Of a DNA stretch of 64,000 bases, positions 47,501 to 58,000 are shown piece after piece. The position numbers were made by a program, and so were the translations under genes. Position 1 is the stretch's first letter; every line of letters starts with the position of its first letter. Below the pieces are notes generated by a model. It was not told the origin of the DNA, searched no databases, and worked only from the letters and a program-made list of their open reading frames with translations. Location of the stretch: IMG/VR virus record IMGVR_UViG_3300024346_006382, one strand, 5' to 3'. The DNA comes from an uncultured virus (IMG/VR IMGVR_UViG_3300024346_006382) (Duplodnaviria > Heunggongvirae > Uroviricota > Caudoviricetes).

Positions 47501-48977
47501 TTAATGTACCAGCAATATTCATTCCGGTACCGGTTACAATTACTATATTAGCATTGCCTGCACTACTCATTGTAATATTGCCATTAGCAACTACTGATAC
47601 GTTACTATTACCATTTACAATTGAATTGCCTGCGCTTACTGTTATACCAGTTAATAAACTACCATTACCACTAAAGAAGTTAGCAGTTACTAAATTACCT
47701 AAATTAGCATTACCACTAGTGACATTACCGGTTACTGCTAAACTAGTTAATGTTCCAACTGACGTTATATTTGGTTGTGCATTTGTATATACTGTGCCGG
47801 CTATTAAACTATTAGCTACTTGACCAGAGATATTACCAGCTGGTAAGCTTGTTAGATTAGCACCAGATCCAATAAAGAAGTTAGCCGTTACTGCATTACC
47901 TAAGTTTGCGTTGCTAGCAGTGATATTACCACTTGCTGTGAATGTATTTGCTGATATAACGTTAGCGTTACCGATATTACCACCACTACCGGTAGTATTG
48001 ATATTATTTGCAGTGATATTACCACTTGCGATAAATGTGTTAGCTGATATTACATTGACATTAGATACATTACCACCGGATCCAGATGTAACAATATTAC
48101 CAACAGTAGCATTCCCTGTTACGTTTAATGTACCGGCTACGTTTACACCAGTACCAGTTACTATTAAAATGTTTGCGTTACCGGATACACTTGTTGTTAC
48201 GTTACCATTTGCAGTTACAGTTACATTGCTATTACCATTTACAATTGTATTACCAGCACTTACTGTGATGCCGGTTAATAGACTACCGTTACCAGTAAAG
48301 AAGTTAGCTGTAACTAAATTACCTAAATTAGCATTGCCGGATGTGATGTTACCCGTTACTGATAGACTACTTAGTGTGCCAACTGACGTTATATTTGGTT
48401 GTGCCGCTGTTGTTACAGTACCGGCTGTAGTTGCACTATTAGCTGTTCCATAGAAGGTACCAGTAAAGTAGTTTGCTGTAACACTATTACCTAAATTAGC
48501 ATTACCGGCAGTGATGTTACCTGAAGCAGTAAATGTATTAGCTGATACTACGTTGATATTAGATAGTGTACCACCACTACCAGATGTAACTAAATTACCA
48601 ACTGTAACATTACCACTAGCATTTAATGTGCCGGCAACATTAACTCCTGTACCAGTAATAACCATAGTTGTATTACCAACTGCAGTTAGGTTGATATTGC
48701 CGTTACTTGACGGGATATTTACATTACTATTACCGTTGCTGATATTGCTTGTAGATCCGGATGCTACAGTAGACCAAGTTAATACACCTGATCCATTTGT
48801 TTCTAAATATTGACCTGCAGTACCACCACCAATATAGATATTACCAACTGCGCCCAAGTTACTACTAGCAGTGACAGTAAGGTTAGCGGCAGACAGATTG
48901 GCAGAAACGTTCATACCGGTAACTGTGTAGTTACCAGATGTATCTATTCCTGATGGTTTAATTACTGTCAATGCCAT
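44502..48977 (-). CDS. Fibre-like virion protein (1491 aa)
   Basis: Repeat modules; DAATKQYVD..IDGV..RILVKNE..NGIY..RATD tail-fibre domain; tail LLSPFLLMGA. Confidence 0.8.
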   Translation of the reverse strand: MALTVIKPSGIDTSGNYTVTGMNVSANLSAANLTVTASSNLGAVGNIYIGGGTAGQYLETNGSGVLTWSTVASGSTSNISNGNSNVNIPSSNGNINLTAVGNTTMVITGTGVNVAGTLNASGNVTVGNLVTSGSGGTLSNINVVSANTFTASGNITAGNANLGNSVTANYFTGTFYGTANSATTAGTVTTAAQPNITSVGTLSSLSVTGNITSGNANLGNLVTANFFTGNGSLLTGITVSAGNTIVNGNSNVTVTANGNVTTSVSGNANILIVTGTGVNVAGTLNVTGNATVGNIVTSGSGGNVSNVNVISANTFIASGNITANNINTTGSGGNIGNANVISANTFTASGNITASNANLGNAVTANFFIGSGANLTSLPAGNISGQVANSLIAGTVYTNAQPNITSVGTLTSLAVTGNVTSGNANLGNLVTANFFSGNGSLLTGITVSAGNSIVNGNSNVSVVANGNITMSSAGNANIVIVTGTGMNIAGTLNVTGNTTVSNLISSGSGGNISNANVISGNTFIASGNITAGNITTGAGAGGNITGANVISANIVTATISANLGNSVTANFFIGSGANLTSLPAGNISGQVANSLIAGTVYTNAQPNITSTGTLVNLTVSGNVALSGANVSLGAVGNLKITGGTANYVLQTDGAGNLSWAAGASGSNISNGNSNVNIPAANGNVNISSAGNANILIITGTGANITGYANVSGNLSVGNITTGGGTGGNITGANVISANIVNATLSANLGNSVTANFFGGVLTTNAQPNITSVGTLSSLAVTGNITSGNANLGNLVTANFFSGNGSLLTGITVSAGNSIVNGNSNVSVVANGNITLSSAGNANIIVVTGTGANVNGTLNVTGNTTVANLSTSGSGGNISNVNVISANTFIASGNITANNINTTGSGGNIGNANVISANTFIASGNITAGNATLGNSVTANYFTGNFYGTANLATFATTANAVAGANVSGQVGNSLVSGTVYTAAQPNITSVGTLTSLVVSGAGSFGANVNLNSFNITSLATPVASTDAATKQYVDDVAQGLNIHDAAAAATSTTLASITSGTITYNNGASGVGANLVTTGSFNLIDGVNVQTSGTRILVKNEANAVHNGIYTWSNATVITRATDYNSVPEVEAGDFVFVTGGTLYDNTGWVQTSTVSAIGTAGNNIEFTQFSGAGTYTAGTGLTLTGTTFSISNTAVTSGSYGNGDSVATFTVNGQGQLTAAANVAITANAANLTGTTLNASVVTSSLTSVGTLTGLTSNGIVNFTNASNVSLGAVGNLKITGGTNAYVLQTDGAGNLSWVAQSAGGGISNISNGNSNVSIATANGNITFSAVGTANVMTITGTGANINGTANITGNVALSGANVSLGAVGNLHVTGGTNAYVLSTDGSGNLSWVAQLGTSIGVDNFTGNGVETSYTLATTPANANATLVSIAGTFQPRTVYSVAGNVITFSSAPPNTAPIEVTTFTTGGSGGGGGGITAQDLLSPFLLMGA

Positions 48978-48997
48978 TATATCTTGTCCTTATTATG

Positions 48998-49005
48998 TAT
49001 TTAGT
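48998..49005 (-). promoter_or_regulatory. Late-promoter-like ACTAAATA
   Basis: Intergenic, upstream of the AAGGA SD of the 1491-aa fibre gene. Confidence 0.55.
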
Positions 49006-49010
49006 TCTTA

Positions 49011-51932
49011 TTAATATGTTGGGAATGCACTCGTTGGTGGTGTGAAGTTACTTGTATAACGTGCGTAGCCCTTGGTTATTCTTAAATCGTCCATGTAGCC
49101 TTGCCAATCGTATAAGCCGCTTACCGTCCACTCGCTACCAACTCTAAATTGAGCGGTTACCGAATAGTTATTTGTATCAACAAAAGAACCAGCTTGCGTG
49201 CCGTTTATATACAGTGTTGTAGTTGAGGTTGCGCTATTTTTAACAAGCGCCCAATGAACCCACGTATTTGCTACAACTGTGCCAGCGACTAAAGGGGTTG
49301 CACTATTGATGTATACAATGTATTGACCACTGCTTACATACAACGCTGGAAAATATCCATTACCTGACACCCTTTGGTCAAACAGATATTTCGTTGCTGT
49401 TGAGGCAGCAGTTAAGTAATGCCACCCTTCAATAGTGAAACTTCCTGCACCGTATGTAAATGCGAGATTTGGGGCGGCGGTTAAATAATCCCCAGTACCA
49501 TCAAAATACATACTGCCGCCGCCAAACTTAGTTTGTGCTGTAGATATTTGTGCGTTGCCCACAGTTTCTAGATTGTTCATCATGGCGTTGTCTAAGATGC
49601 CAGCGTTGGTGTAATTTAATAATAGTGAAGTTCCACTAATTGCTGTAACCGGTGCTGTTGGTGGAGTAAATGCTGAGGTGTAAACTGCTGTACCTTTGAC
49701 CATGCGAAGGTTTGATAGATATCCAGTAAAATATCCCTGTCCGCCATCCCAAGTTGACCATCCTGATCTCAACCCACCAAGTCCTGCATTGTAAGAACCG
49801 GAATATGTTTGTGTGTTTTCCAATACACCATTGACAAACATTCTAAACGTATTGCCTGATCTTGTTATAGAATAATGATACCAGGATTGATTAGAGAAAG
49901 TATTAGTGGATACCAAGAATGGATCTCCACCGGATATACCTGCTGATCCATTCAAACCAAACCAAAATTTATTTGCATAGCCGACGTTATTAAAACGATG
50001 ACCGCTAGCACCTGCCGACCATCCAGTAACTGATGCCAAGAAGGTGGGGTAATTTTGTCCATTACTAATGGGGTACACCCATGCTTCTATAGTAAAATCA
50101 CCTGTACCAAAATCAAATTGAGCATCTGCGGCTGCTGTCAAATAATCTGATCCATCAAAGTATCCTGACCCACCGATTGTACCGGCAGAGTAGGCTGCGG
50201 TGGGACTGAATGGACTGAAACGTTGTATGGTTGGTGTGCCACTGAGTGTAATAGCAAATGCATTCGTACTAGTATCAATGAAACGGTTGCTTTGACAGAT
50301 TAATAAACTTGTACCTGATATAGCAGTTAATGGTGTTGTACTTGGAGTAAATGCTGAGGTATAAACAGCGGCACCCTTAACAACCCTAAAATTACTTAAG
50401 TAACGCTCTACACCACTTACACCGCCACCGGTACGATTTATAGAAGGGGAATTGTAACTTACAGTACTTGAGTTAGTGAGTGTTCCTTTAGAGACTCCAT
50501 TTGTATAAAGAGTTACTGTTGATCCTGAACGAACCATTGCAACATGAGTCCAAGTGTTTACAGAAATTCCATGTGAAAAACTTGATGTTGGTGATCCTGA
50601 ATTTAAATAGATGTTATAAACACCTGCTGACATTGATATATTAAGTGCAAAATAACTACTACTATCACTTGAGACATATAAACTTGCATCCCCGCTTAAA
50701 GATGTATAATAAACCCATGCTTCAATAGTAAAATCACCAGTAAATTGAAAGGCTGAGCCTACACTTGTTGTAAAATTCAAATATGAAGCAACTACGTTAT
50801 CCTGATATATTGACCAATTTGGTCCATAAGGACTAAACGTACCTTGTGTTGTATTACCATTACGTGTGATAGCAAAGTTGTTTGTACTACCATCTAAAAA
50901 TGTATTGTTCTGTGCACCATTACTACCAGTACCCGGTAACAATAATGAATTATACATAAAGTATGGATCACTCGCTACACTTACACTCCAATTAATAGTG
51001 ATAGAACTTGACTCACTCGTAGTATTCGCTGTAGCAGTTAATAATGAACTAGTATTGGCAACTACAGTTGGTGTACCTGATATGTTTGCACCAGTTAAAC
51101 TTAATCCAGTTGGTAATGTATTAGCAGTATATGTTATACCAGATCCAACTGCACTGGTTGCACTTAATGTTATATTAGCAATAGCAATATTGGCTGCAGG
51201 AGTATATGTTGCGTTAGCTGTTGGACTACTCCATGTAACAACATCTGGTATAACAGCTATACTAAATGCACGATTGGTATCTTGTTGTTCAGCATCAGTT
51301 GCTCTAACAGTAAATGAATACGTTGTAGGACTTGATGATAACTGACTTGTACCAGTTATTGTTCCGTTAGCGTTAAAAGTTGAACCTGGTGGCAATGAAC
51401 CACTAACTACACTGTATGTAATTGGTGCATCACCGGTTGCGGTAACAGTTTGAGTAAAACTATCAGTTTCATACACATTACCCAAAGTACCAGCGGCTGT
51501 TGTCCAAGTTGGTGTTCCACTATATTGTATACCCGGAATAGCAATCGCTGTGCTACCATCTGGATTTATAACATATATAACATAACTGCCGGTACTATTA
51601 GCCGGGCTTGTAAATGTAATGGTTGTTGAACTTACAACTGATACTACTCCTACAGCACTACCATTAATTAATAAATTTGCACCAGCAACAAATCCAGTAC
51701 CAGTTAATGTAATTGTTTGTCCACCTGCAGTATCTGCGGCTGTATCATCACCCGGATAAGTAATAGTAGTTATACGTGGTGCAATAATAGTATCACCGGT
51801 AACAGTGACATTGCCCAAAACTAAATCGTTTTGTACGTATACATCATTAAATTGATTTGTTGCATTACCTAAACTGGTATTTGCTGGTGGGTTAAAAATA
51901 TTTTGATTTTTTACCTGAAAGTAATCTGCCAT
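49011..51932 (-). CDS. IPT/Ig-like plus LamG domain protein (973 aa), paralogue of 39373-44166
   Basis: Same N-terminal architecture, three LamG-like repeats, very similar C-terminus DDLRITKGYARYTSNFT.PT.AFP.Y. Confidence 0.82.
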   Translation of the reverse strand: MADYFQVKNQNIFNPPANTSLGNATNQFNDVYVQNDLVLGNVTVTGDTIIAPRITTITYPGDDTAADTAGGQTITLTGTGFVAGANLLINGSAVGVVSVVSSTTITFTSPANSTGSYVIYVINPDGSTAIAIPGIQYSGTPTWTTAAGTLGNVYETDSFTQTVTATGDAPITYSVVSGSLPPGSTFNANGTITGTSQLSSSPTTYSFTVRATDAEQQDTNRAFSIAVIPDVVTWSSPTANATYTPAANIAIANITLSATSAVGSGITYTANTLPTGLSLTGANISGTPTVVANTSSLLTATANTTSESSSITINWSVSVASDPYFMYNSLLLPGTGSNGAQNNTFLDGSTNNFAITRNGNTTQGTFSPYGPNWSIYQDNVVASYLNFTTSVGSAFQFTGDFTIEAWVYYTSLSGDASLYVSSDSSSYFALNISMSAGVYNIYLNSGSPTSSFSHGISVNTWTHVAMVRSGSTVTLYTNGVSKGTLTNSSTVSYNSPSINRTGGGVSGVERYLSNFRVVKGAAVYTSAFTPSTTPLTAISGTSLLICQSNRFIDTSTNAFAITLSGTPTIQRFSPFSPTAAYSAGTIGGSGYFDGSDYLTAAADAQFDFGTGDFTIEAWVYPISNGQNYPTFLASVTGWSAGASGHRFNNVGYANKFWFGLNGSAGISGGDPFLVSTNTFSNQSWYHYSITRSGNTFRMFVNGVLENTQTYSGSYNAGLGGLRSGWSTWDGGQGYFTGYLSNLRMVKGTAVYTSAFTPPTAPVTAISGTSLLLNYTNAGILDNAMMNNLETVGNAQISTAQTKFGGGSMYFDGTGDYLTAAPNLAFTYGAGSFTIEGWHYLTAASTATKYLFDQRVSGNGYFPALYVSSGQYIVYINSATPLVAGTVVANTWVHWALVKNSATSTTTLYINGTQAGSFVDTNNYSVTAQFRVGSEWTVSGLYDWQGYMDDLRITKGYARYTSNFTPPTSAFPTY

Positions 51933-51942
51933 TTTCTATACC

Positions 51943-54900
51943 TTATACGTTTGTTAATACCCAGCCCTGAGAAGCATTATAATATACTAATGTAAATGCT
52001 GAACGGTCTGTTGTTACTGTCATGTCTGAGGCTGCCCCTTGAATGTTTCCACCATTTCTAGCAACGGTAATAGCATGTACACTAGCATTACCAGTACCAT
52101 CAATAATACCCACTTCATCACCAAATGATGGAGTACTTGGAAGAGTAATTGTTAAGTTAGCAGTGTTAGTGTTAACTATATATTTTGTGTTTACACTAGC
52201 GGTAGTATTACCTGTAGCTTCTACATATGTATAACCAGATGATCCACTACTACCGGCTGCACCACCCAAATTAAATGTCATTACTTCAATGACTGCACCA
52301 CTAGCTGGAGCACTACTTAATGTAACATTTGCATTTGCAACAGTATATGCTGAATGTAATTGACTTACACCATCAATATTAATAATAGTATAATCTTCTG
52401 ATGCGGGACTATCAGTTAATGTGAATACTGTTTGTACACCATTGCCAGTGAAGGTATCAATTACTATGTTAGAACCAGTTTGTGCCGCCCAACTTAGGTT
52501 ACCAGTACCATCAGTAGTTAACACATATCCATTACTACCACCAGTAATGTGTAGGTTGCTAACAGTACCCAATGATACGTTACTACCATTTAATGCTACG
52601 TTACCTGTTATATTTGCTGTACCGTTGATATTAGCACCAGTGCCGGTAATAGTCATTACATTAGCATTACCAACTGCACTAAAGGTTATGTTTCCATTTG
52701 CTGTAGCAATGTTTACATTACTATTACCATTACTGATATTAGATATGGCTCCACCAGCAGATTGAGCTACCCAACTTAAATTACCAGAACCATCAGTGCT
52801 TAATACATATGCATTCGTACCACCACTGATGTGTAGATTAGACACAGCACCTAGTGTGACATTAGAAGTATTTGTAAAGTTTACTATTCCGTTACTAGTT
52901 AATCCGGTTAGTGTACCAACGCTAGTTAACGAACTAGTAACAATACCAGTAGCAAGAGTTGTACCAGTTAAATTAGCGGCATTAGCAGTAATTGCTACGT
53001 TAGCTGCCGCAGATAATTGGCCTTGACTGTTGACTGTGAATGTAGCTACTGTATCACCATTACCATAACTACCGGCTGTTACAGTAGTATTAGTAATGCT
53101 GAATACACTACCAGTTAGTGTTAAACCAGTTCCGGCTGTATATGTGCCTGCACCAGAGAACTGAGTAAATTCTATGTTATTACCAGCAGTACCAATTGCA
53201 CTAACTGTGCTAACTTGTACCCAACCTGTGTTGTCATACAACGTACCACCGGTTACAAATACAAAGTCACCTGCTTCTACTTCAGGAACGCTATTGTAAT
53301 CAGTCGCACGTGTGATTACAGTAGCATTACTCCAAGTATAGATACCATTGTGTACCGCATTAGCTTCATTTTTTACTAAGATACGAGTTCCACTAGTTTG
53401 TACGTTTACTCCATCAATTAAATTAAATGATCCAGTTGTTACTAAGTTTGCACCTACGCCGCTTGCACCATTGTTATATGTAATAGTACCACTAGTGATA
53501 GTTGCTAATGTAGTTGGTGTTGCGGCTTGTACACTATCGTGTATGTTTAAACCTTGAGCAACATCGTCAACATATTTCTTAGTTGCCGCATCAAAATCTG
53601 CTACTGGAGTCTGTACGTTAGAGATTATGAAATTACCAACATTAACTGTACCAGTGCCAGTTGGTGTTAGATTAATATTTTGATTTGTCCCAGTTGCAGT
53701 GATTGTTATACCACTAGTCCTACCAACGATTAAGTCTGTTACAACATTTGCATTAGAAACAATATTACCAGTAACGTTAGCAGATGTTAGTGTACCAACT
53801 GATGTAATATTTGGTTGTGCGTTAGTATAAACTGTACCAGCTACCAATGCATTGGCTACTTGACCTGAGATATTACCAGCTGGGATGCTTGTTAAGTTTG
53901 CACCACTTCCAATAAAGAAGTTAGCAATAACTGCGTTACCTAAATTAGCGTTACCGGATGATATATTACCTGTTACTGCTAGACTTGTTAGTGTACCAAC
54001 ACTAGTTATGTTTGGTTGAGCGGCTGTTGTTAAGGCACCAGTTAATGTATTAGCACTAATGTTATTAGCACCACTTATGTTACCACCTGATCCAGAACCT
54101 GCAATCAAATTGCCAGCAGTTAAATTACCAGTGAAGTTACCAGTACCTGCTACGTTGACACCTGTACCAGTTACAATTAATACATTTGCATTACCTACAG
54201 CACTGATATTGACATTACCATTACTACTTGGTATATTTACATTGCTATTACCATTGCTGATACTAGCTGAACTAACACTTATTGTTGACCAACTTAGTAT
54301 ACCAGAGCCATCGGTAGATAAGTATTGACCATTGGTACCGCCTGTAATATGTACATTGGCAACTGGGCCTAATGCTACATTACTTGCACCTGTTAAGTTA
54401 ACAGTACCTGTACTTGTTAATCCAGTTAGTGTACCAACTGAAGTAATATTTGGTTGTGCGGCTGTTGTTACTGTACCGGCTGTTGTAGCTGAATTAGCAG
54501 TTCCATAAAAGTTACCAATGAAGTAATTAGCTATTACACTGTTACCTAGATTAGCATTACCAGCTGTTATGTTGCCGGTTGCAGTGAATGTGTTGGCTGA
54601 TACAACGTTTGCACCAGATATATTACCACCTGAGCCAGTACCTGCGATAATATTACCGGCTGTGACGTTACCAGATATATTTGCATATCCATTAATATTT
54701 GCACCAGTTCCAGTAACAACTACTATATTGGCATTACCTACAGCACTCATAGTGATGTTGCCATTTGCAGTAGCAATACTTACATTGCTATTGCCATTAC
54801 TGATGTTACTTGTGGAGCCTCCACCGGATTGTGCTACCCATGAGAGAGCGCCTGAACCATTTGTACTTAGTACATAGCCGTTAGAGCCGCCGGTAATAAT

Positions 54901-55047
54901 TACATTACCGGCATTGCCTAAGTTAGCATTATTACTAACGGTGATATTACTTGTGGTAATATCACCATTTGACGCAATAACATTAACTAGTGCGTTGGCT
55001 TCACCTACGGTGATACCATCAACCGAAATGAAGGGTTTCTTTGCCAT
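51943..55047 (-). CDS. Fibre-like virion protein (1034 aa)
   Basis: Repeat modules; DAATKKYVD domain; C-terminal ITLP..P..GDEV.IID..G....ITV.RNG..I.G...D..LVY.....GW domain of the kind seen in T4-like fibre/baseplate proteins. Confidence 0.8.
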   Translation of the reverse strand: MAKKPFISVDGITVGEANALVNVIASNGDITTSNITVSNNANLGNAGNVIITGGSNGYVLSTNGSGALSWVAQSGGGSTSNISNGNSNVSIATANGNITMSAVGNANIVVVTGTGANINGYANISGNVTAGNIIAGTGSGGNISGANVVSANTFTATGNITAGNANLGNSVIANYFIGNFYGTANSATTAGTVTTAAQPNITSVGTLTGLTSTGTVNLTGASNVALGPVANVHITGGTNGQYLSTDGSGILSWSTISVSSASISNGNSNVNIPSSNGNVNISAVGNANVLIVTGTGVNVAGTGNFTGNLTAGNLIAGSGSGGNISGANNISANTLTGALTTAAQPNITSVGTLTSLAVTGNISSGNANLGNAVIANFFIGSGANLTSIPAGNISGQVANALVAGTVYTNAQPNITSVGTLTSANVTGNIVSNANVVTDLIVGRTSGITITATGTNQNINLTPTGTGTVNVGNFIISNVQTPVADFDAATKKYVDDVAQGLNIHDSVQAATPTTLATITSGTITYNNGASGVGANLVTTGSFNLIDGVNVQTSGTRILVKNEANAVHNGIYTWSNATVITRATDYNSVPEVEAGDFVFVTGGTLYDNTGWVQVSTVSAIGTAGNNIEFTQFSGAGTYTAGTGLTLTGSVFSITNTTVTAGSYGNGDTVATFTVNSQGQLSAAANVAITANAANLTGTTLATGIVTSSLTSVGTLTGLTSNGIVNFTNTSNVTLGAVSNLHISGGTNAYVLSTDGSGNLSWVAQSAGGAISNISNGNSNVNIATANGNITFSAVGNANVMTITGTGANINGTANITGNVALNGSNVSLGTVSNLHITGGSNGYVLTTDGTGNLSWAAQTGSNIVIDTFTGNGVQTVFTLTDSPASEDYTIINIDGVSQLHSAYTVANANVTLSSAPASGAVIEVMTFNLGGAAGSSGSSGYTYVEATGNTTASVNTKYIVNTNTANLTITLPSTPSFGDEVGIIDGTGNASVHAITVARNGGNIQGAASDMTVTTDRSAFTLVYYNASQGWVLTNV

Positions 55048-55050
55048 TTA

Positions 55051-58000
55051 TCAAATTACTCTATATTGTGTAGTCCATACAGTTGAGTTACTGCTAGCAG
55101 GAGTTACTTGCAATGCAATATTACCGCTTACTATGTTAACTGATAGTGTGCCAGTAGAACCCCCTAAATTAACTGTTGCAAAAGTAGAAAAGTCTGCTGT
55201 AGTTCCATTAGTAACAGATACAACTGTAGCTACACTATATTTAGCACCGGTAGCATCCACCCCTTTAACTAAATATTCTACCCCTGTTACGTACCCAGAT
55301 AATGATAATGTTGCAATTGTTTGATTTGCAGTAGTTGCTGATGTAGTTATATTACCAAAATACACAGCAGAATTGCTTATTTGAACACCTACACTAGCAA
55401 CAAGTGTATTAGCAGATACTACATTAGCACCCGAAACATTACCACCAGCCCCACCTGTTGTTAAATTGCCTGCAACTAAATTACCTGTAACATTTAATGT
55501 ACCAGCTATATTAGCACCAGTGCCTGTTATAACTAATGTTGTATTACCAGAAGCAGTAAGATTAATATTACCATTAGCTGATGGAATATTTACATTACTA
55601 TTACCGTTAGCTAATGCACCAATTAAATTACCTGCACTTAAATTGCCAGTAACATCTAAACTACTTAGTGTACCAACACTTGTAATGTTAGGTTGTGCAT
55701 TCGTATAGACTGTTCCGGCCACTAATGCATTACCTACTTGTCCAGAAACGTTAGCACCTTGAATGTTACTTAAGTTATTACCTGCACCACTAAAGAAATT
55801 AGCTGTTGCTAAATTACCCAAGTTAGCATTACCACTAGATATGTTACCAGTGACTGTTAAACTTGTCAGTATACCAACACTTGTAATATTTGCCTGTGCA
55901 TTAGATGTTACTGTTCCAGCAGTTGATGCACTACTTACTGTACCGGTAACATTAGCACCTTGAATGTTACTTAAGTTGTTACCACTTCCAATAAAGAAGT
56001 TAGCTGTTGCCGCATTGCCTAAATCAGCATTACCAGATGATATGTTACCTGTTACAGCTAAACTTGTTAGTGTACCAACTGACGTAATATTAGGTTGAGC
56101 ATTTGTCGTTAAGTTACCAGTAAACGTATTAGCACTAACGTTATTAGCACCAGTTAAGTTACCACCTGCGCCACCACCTAAGCTCAAGCTACCACTAATA
56201 TTTGCATATCCAGTAATATTTGCGCCTGTACCAGTTACAACCAATATATTTGCATTACCAGCTACGCTTGTTGTTACATTACCACCAGCAGTTGCAATTG
56301 CAACATTACTGTTACCATTTGATACGCCAGCTGTTCCAATTGTTATAAATGACAATGTACCAGAACCGTCTGTACTTAGTACTTGTCCACTAGTACCGCC
56401 TGTAATATGTACATTACCAACTGGTCCTAATGCTACATTACTTGCACCAATAAAGTTAGCAGTACCTGTACTTGTTATACCAGTTAGTGTTCCAACACTA
56501 GTGATATTTGGCTGAGCATTTGTATAGACAGTGCCTGCTACTAAGGCATTAGCTACTTGACCAGATACATTTGCACCTGCTACAGCGTTAGCTGTTGCCG
56601 CAAAAGATACTTCTCCGGATACGTTAGCACCCTGAATGTTACTTAAGCTATTACCTGCACCACTAAAGAAATTAGCTGTTGCTACGTTACCCAAGTTAGC
56701 ATTACCAGAAACTGCCAAAGTTGTTAATGTACCAACACTTGTAATGTTAGGTTGTGCCGCTGTTGTTAGTGTACCAGTGAAGAAGTTTGCACTTACTAAG
56801 TTTGCACCAGTAATGTTACCACCTGATCCACCACCTGCAACAATATTACCTGCAGTTAAGTTGCCAGTAACATTTCCGTCACCGTTAACTAATATGCCTG
56901 TACCAGTTACTACTAATATATTAGCATTGCCAGCTACACTAGTTGTTACGTTGCCACCGGCTGTTGCAATTGCAACATTACTGTTACCGTTTGATACACC
57001 GGCTGTACCGATCGTAATAAATGATAGTCCACCAGCACCATTTGTACTTAGTACTTGTCCACTAGTACCACCAGTGATTGCTACATTACCAACTGATCCT
57101 AAATTAGATAAACCTGTTACTGTTAACCCAGTCAATGAACCAACGCTTGTTACGTTAGGTTGTGCCGCAGTTGTTAGTGTACCAGTTAGTAAACTAGCAC
57201 CAATTGTTCCTGCGTTAGCATATACGTTACCACTTGTAGTATTACCAGTTACTGCTAAACTTGTTAATGTGCCAACACTTGTTAAACTTGAATTTACAAT
57301 TGTTGCGGCAAGAGTTGTACCAGTTAAGTTAGCCGCATTAGCAGTAATAGCAACATTAGCTGCCGCAGATAATTGGCCTTGACTGTTAACTGTGAATGTA
57401 GCATTATAGTCACCGTTACCGTATGCTCCTGCTGTTACAGTTGTGTTAGCAATGCTAAATTCAGTACCGTTTAATGCTAATCCAGTACCTGCAGTATATG
57501 TACCAGCACCACTGAACTGTACCCAAACAACTGGACTTGTACCAACTGTAGTAACTGGGTCAGGCATTACCCAACCAGTATTGTCATACAATGTACCTGC
57601 AGTAACGAATGTGAAGTCACCACCTGCCATTTCAGTAGGAGTATTAAAGTCTGCTGAACGTGTTAGTACTGTACTGCTTGTAACATCATATATACCGTTA
57701 TTTGCGGCAGTTACTTCGTTCTTAACAAGAATACGCATACCAACTGACAATGTAACACCATCAATAGTTGTGAATGTTCCTGTTGTCGTTAATGTTGCAC
57801 CAACACCACTTGTACCATTGTTATATGTAACAGTACCGCCTGAAATACTTGCTAATGTAGTTTGTGTTGCGGCGTTACAACTATCGTGTGTATGTAGACC
57901 TTGAGCAACGTCATCAACATATTGTTTTGTTGCGGCATCTGTACTTGCTAAAGGAGTAGCAACATTAGATATTATAAAGTTACCAACGTTAACTGTACCA

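Noticed and set aside
14045..51932. Diversity-generating retroelement acting on the adhesin genes
   Set aside because: No reverse transcriptase in the window and no TR/VR pair with adenine-only differences noticed; variation includes indels. A remote DGR cannot be excluded.
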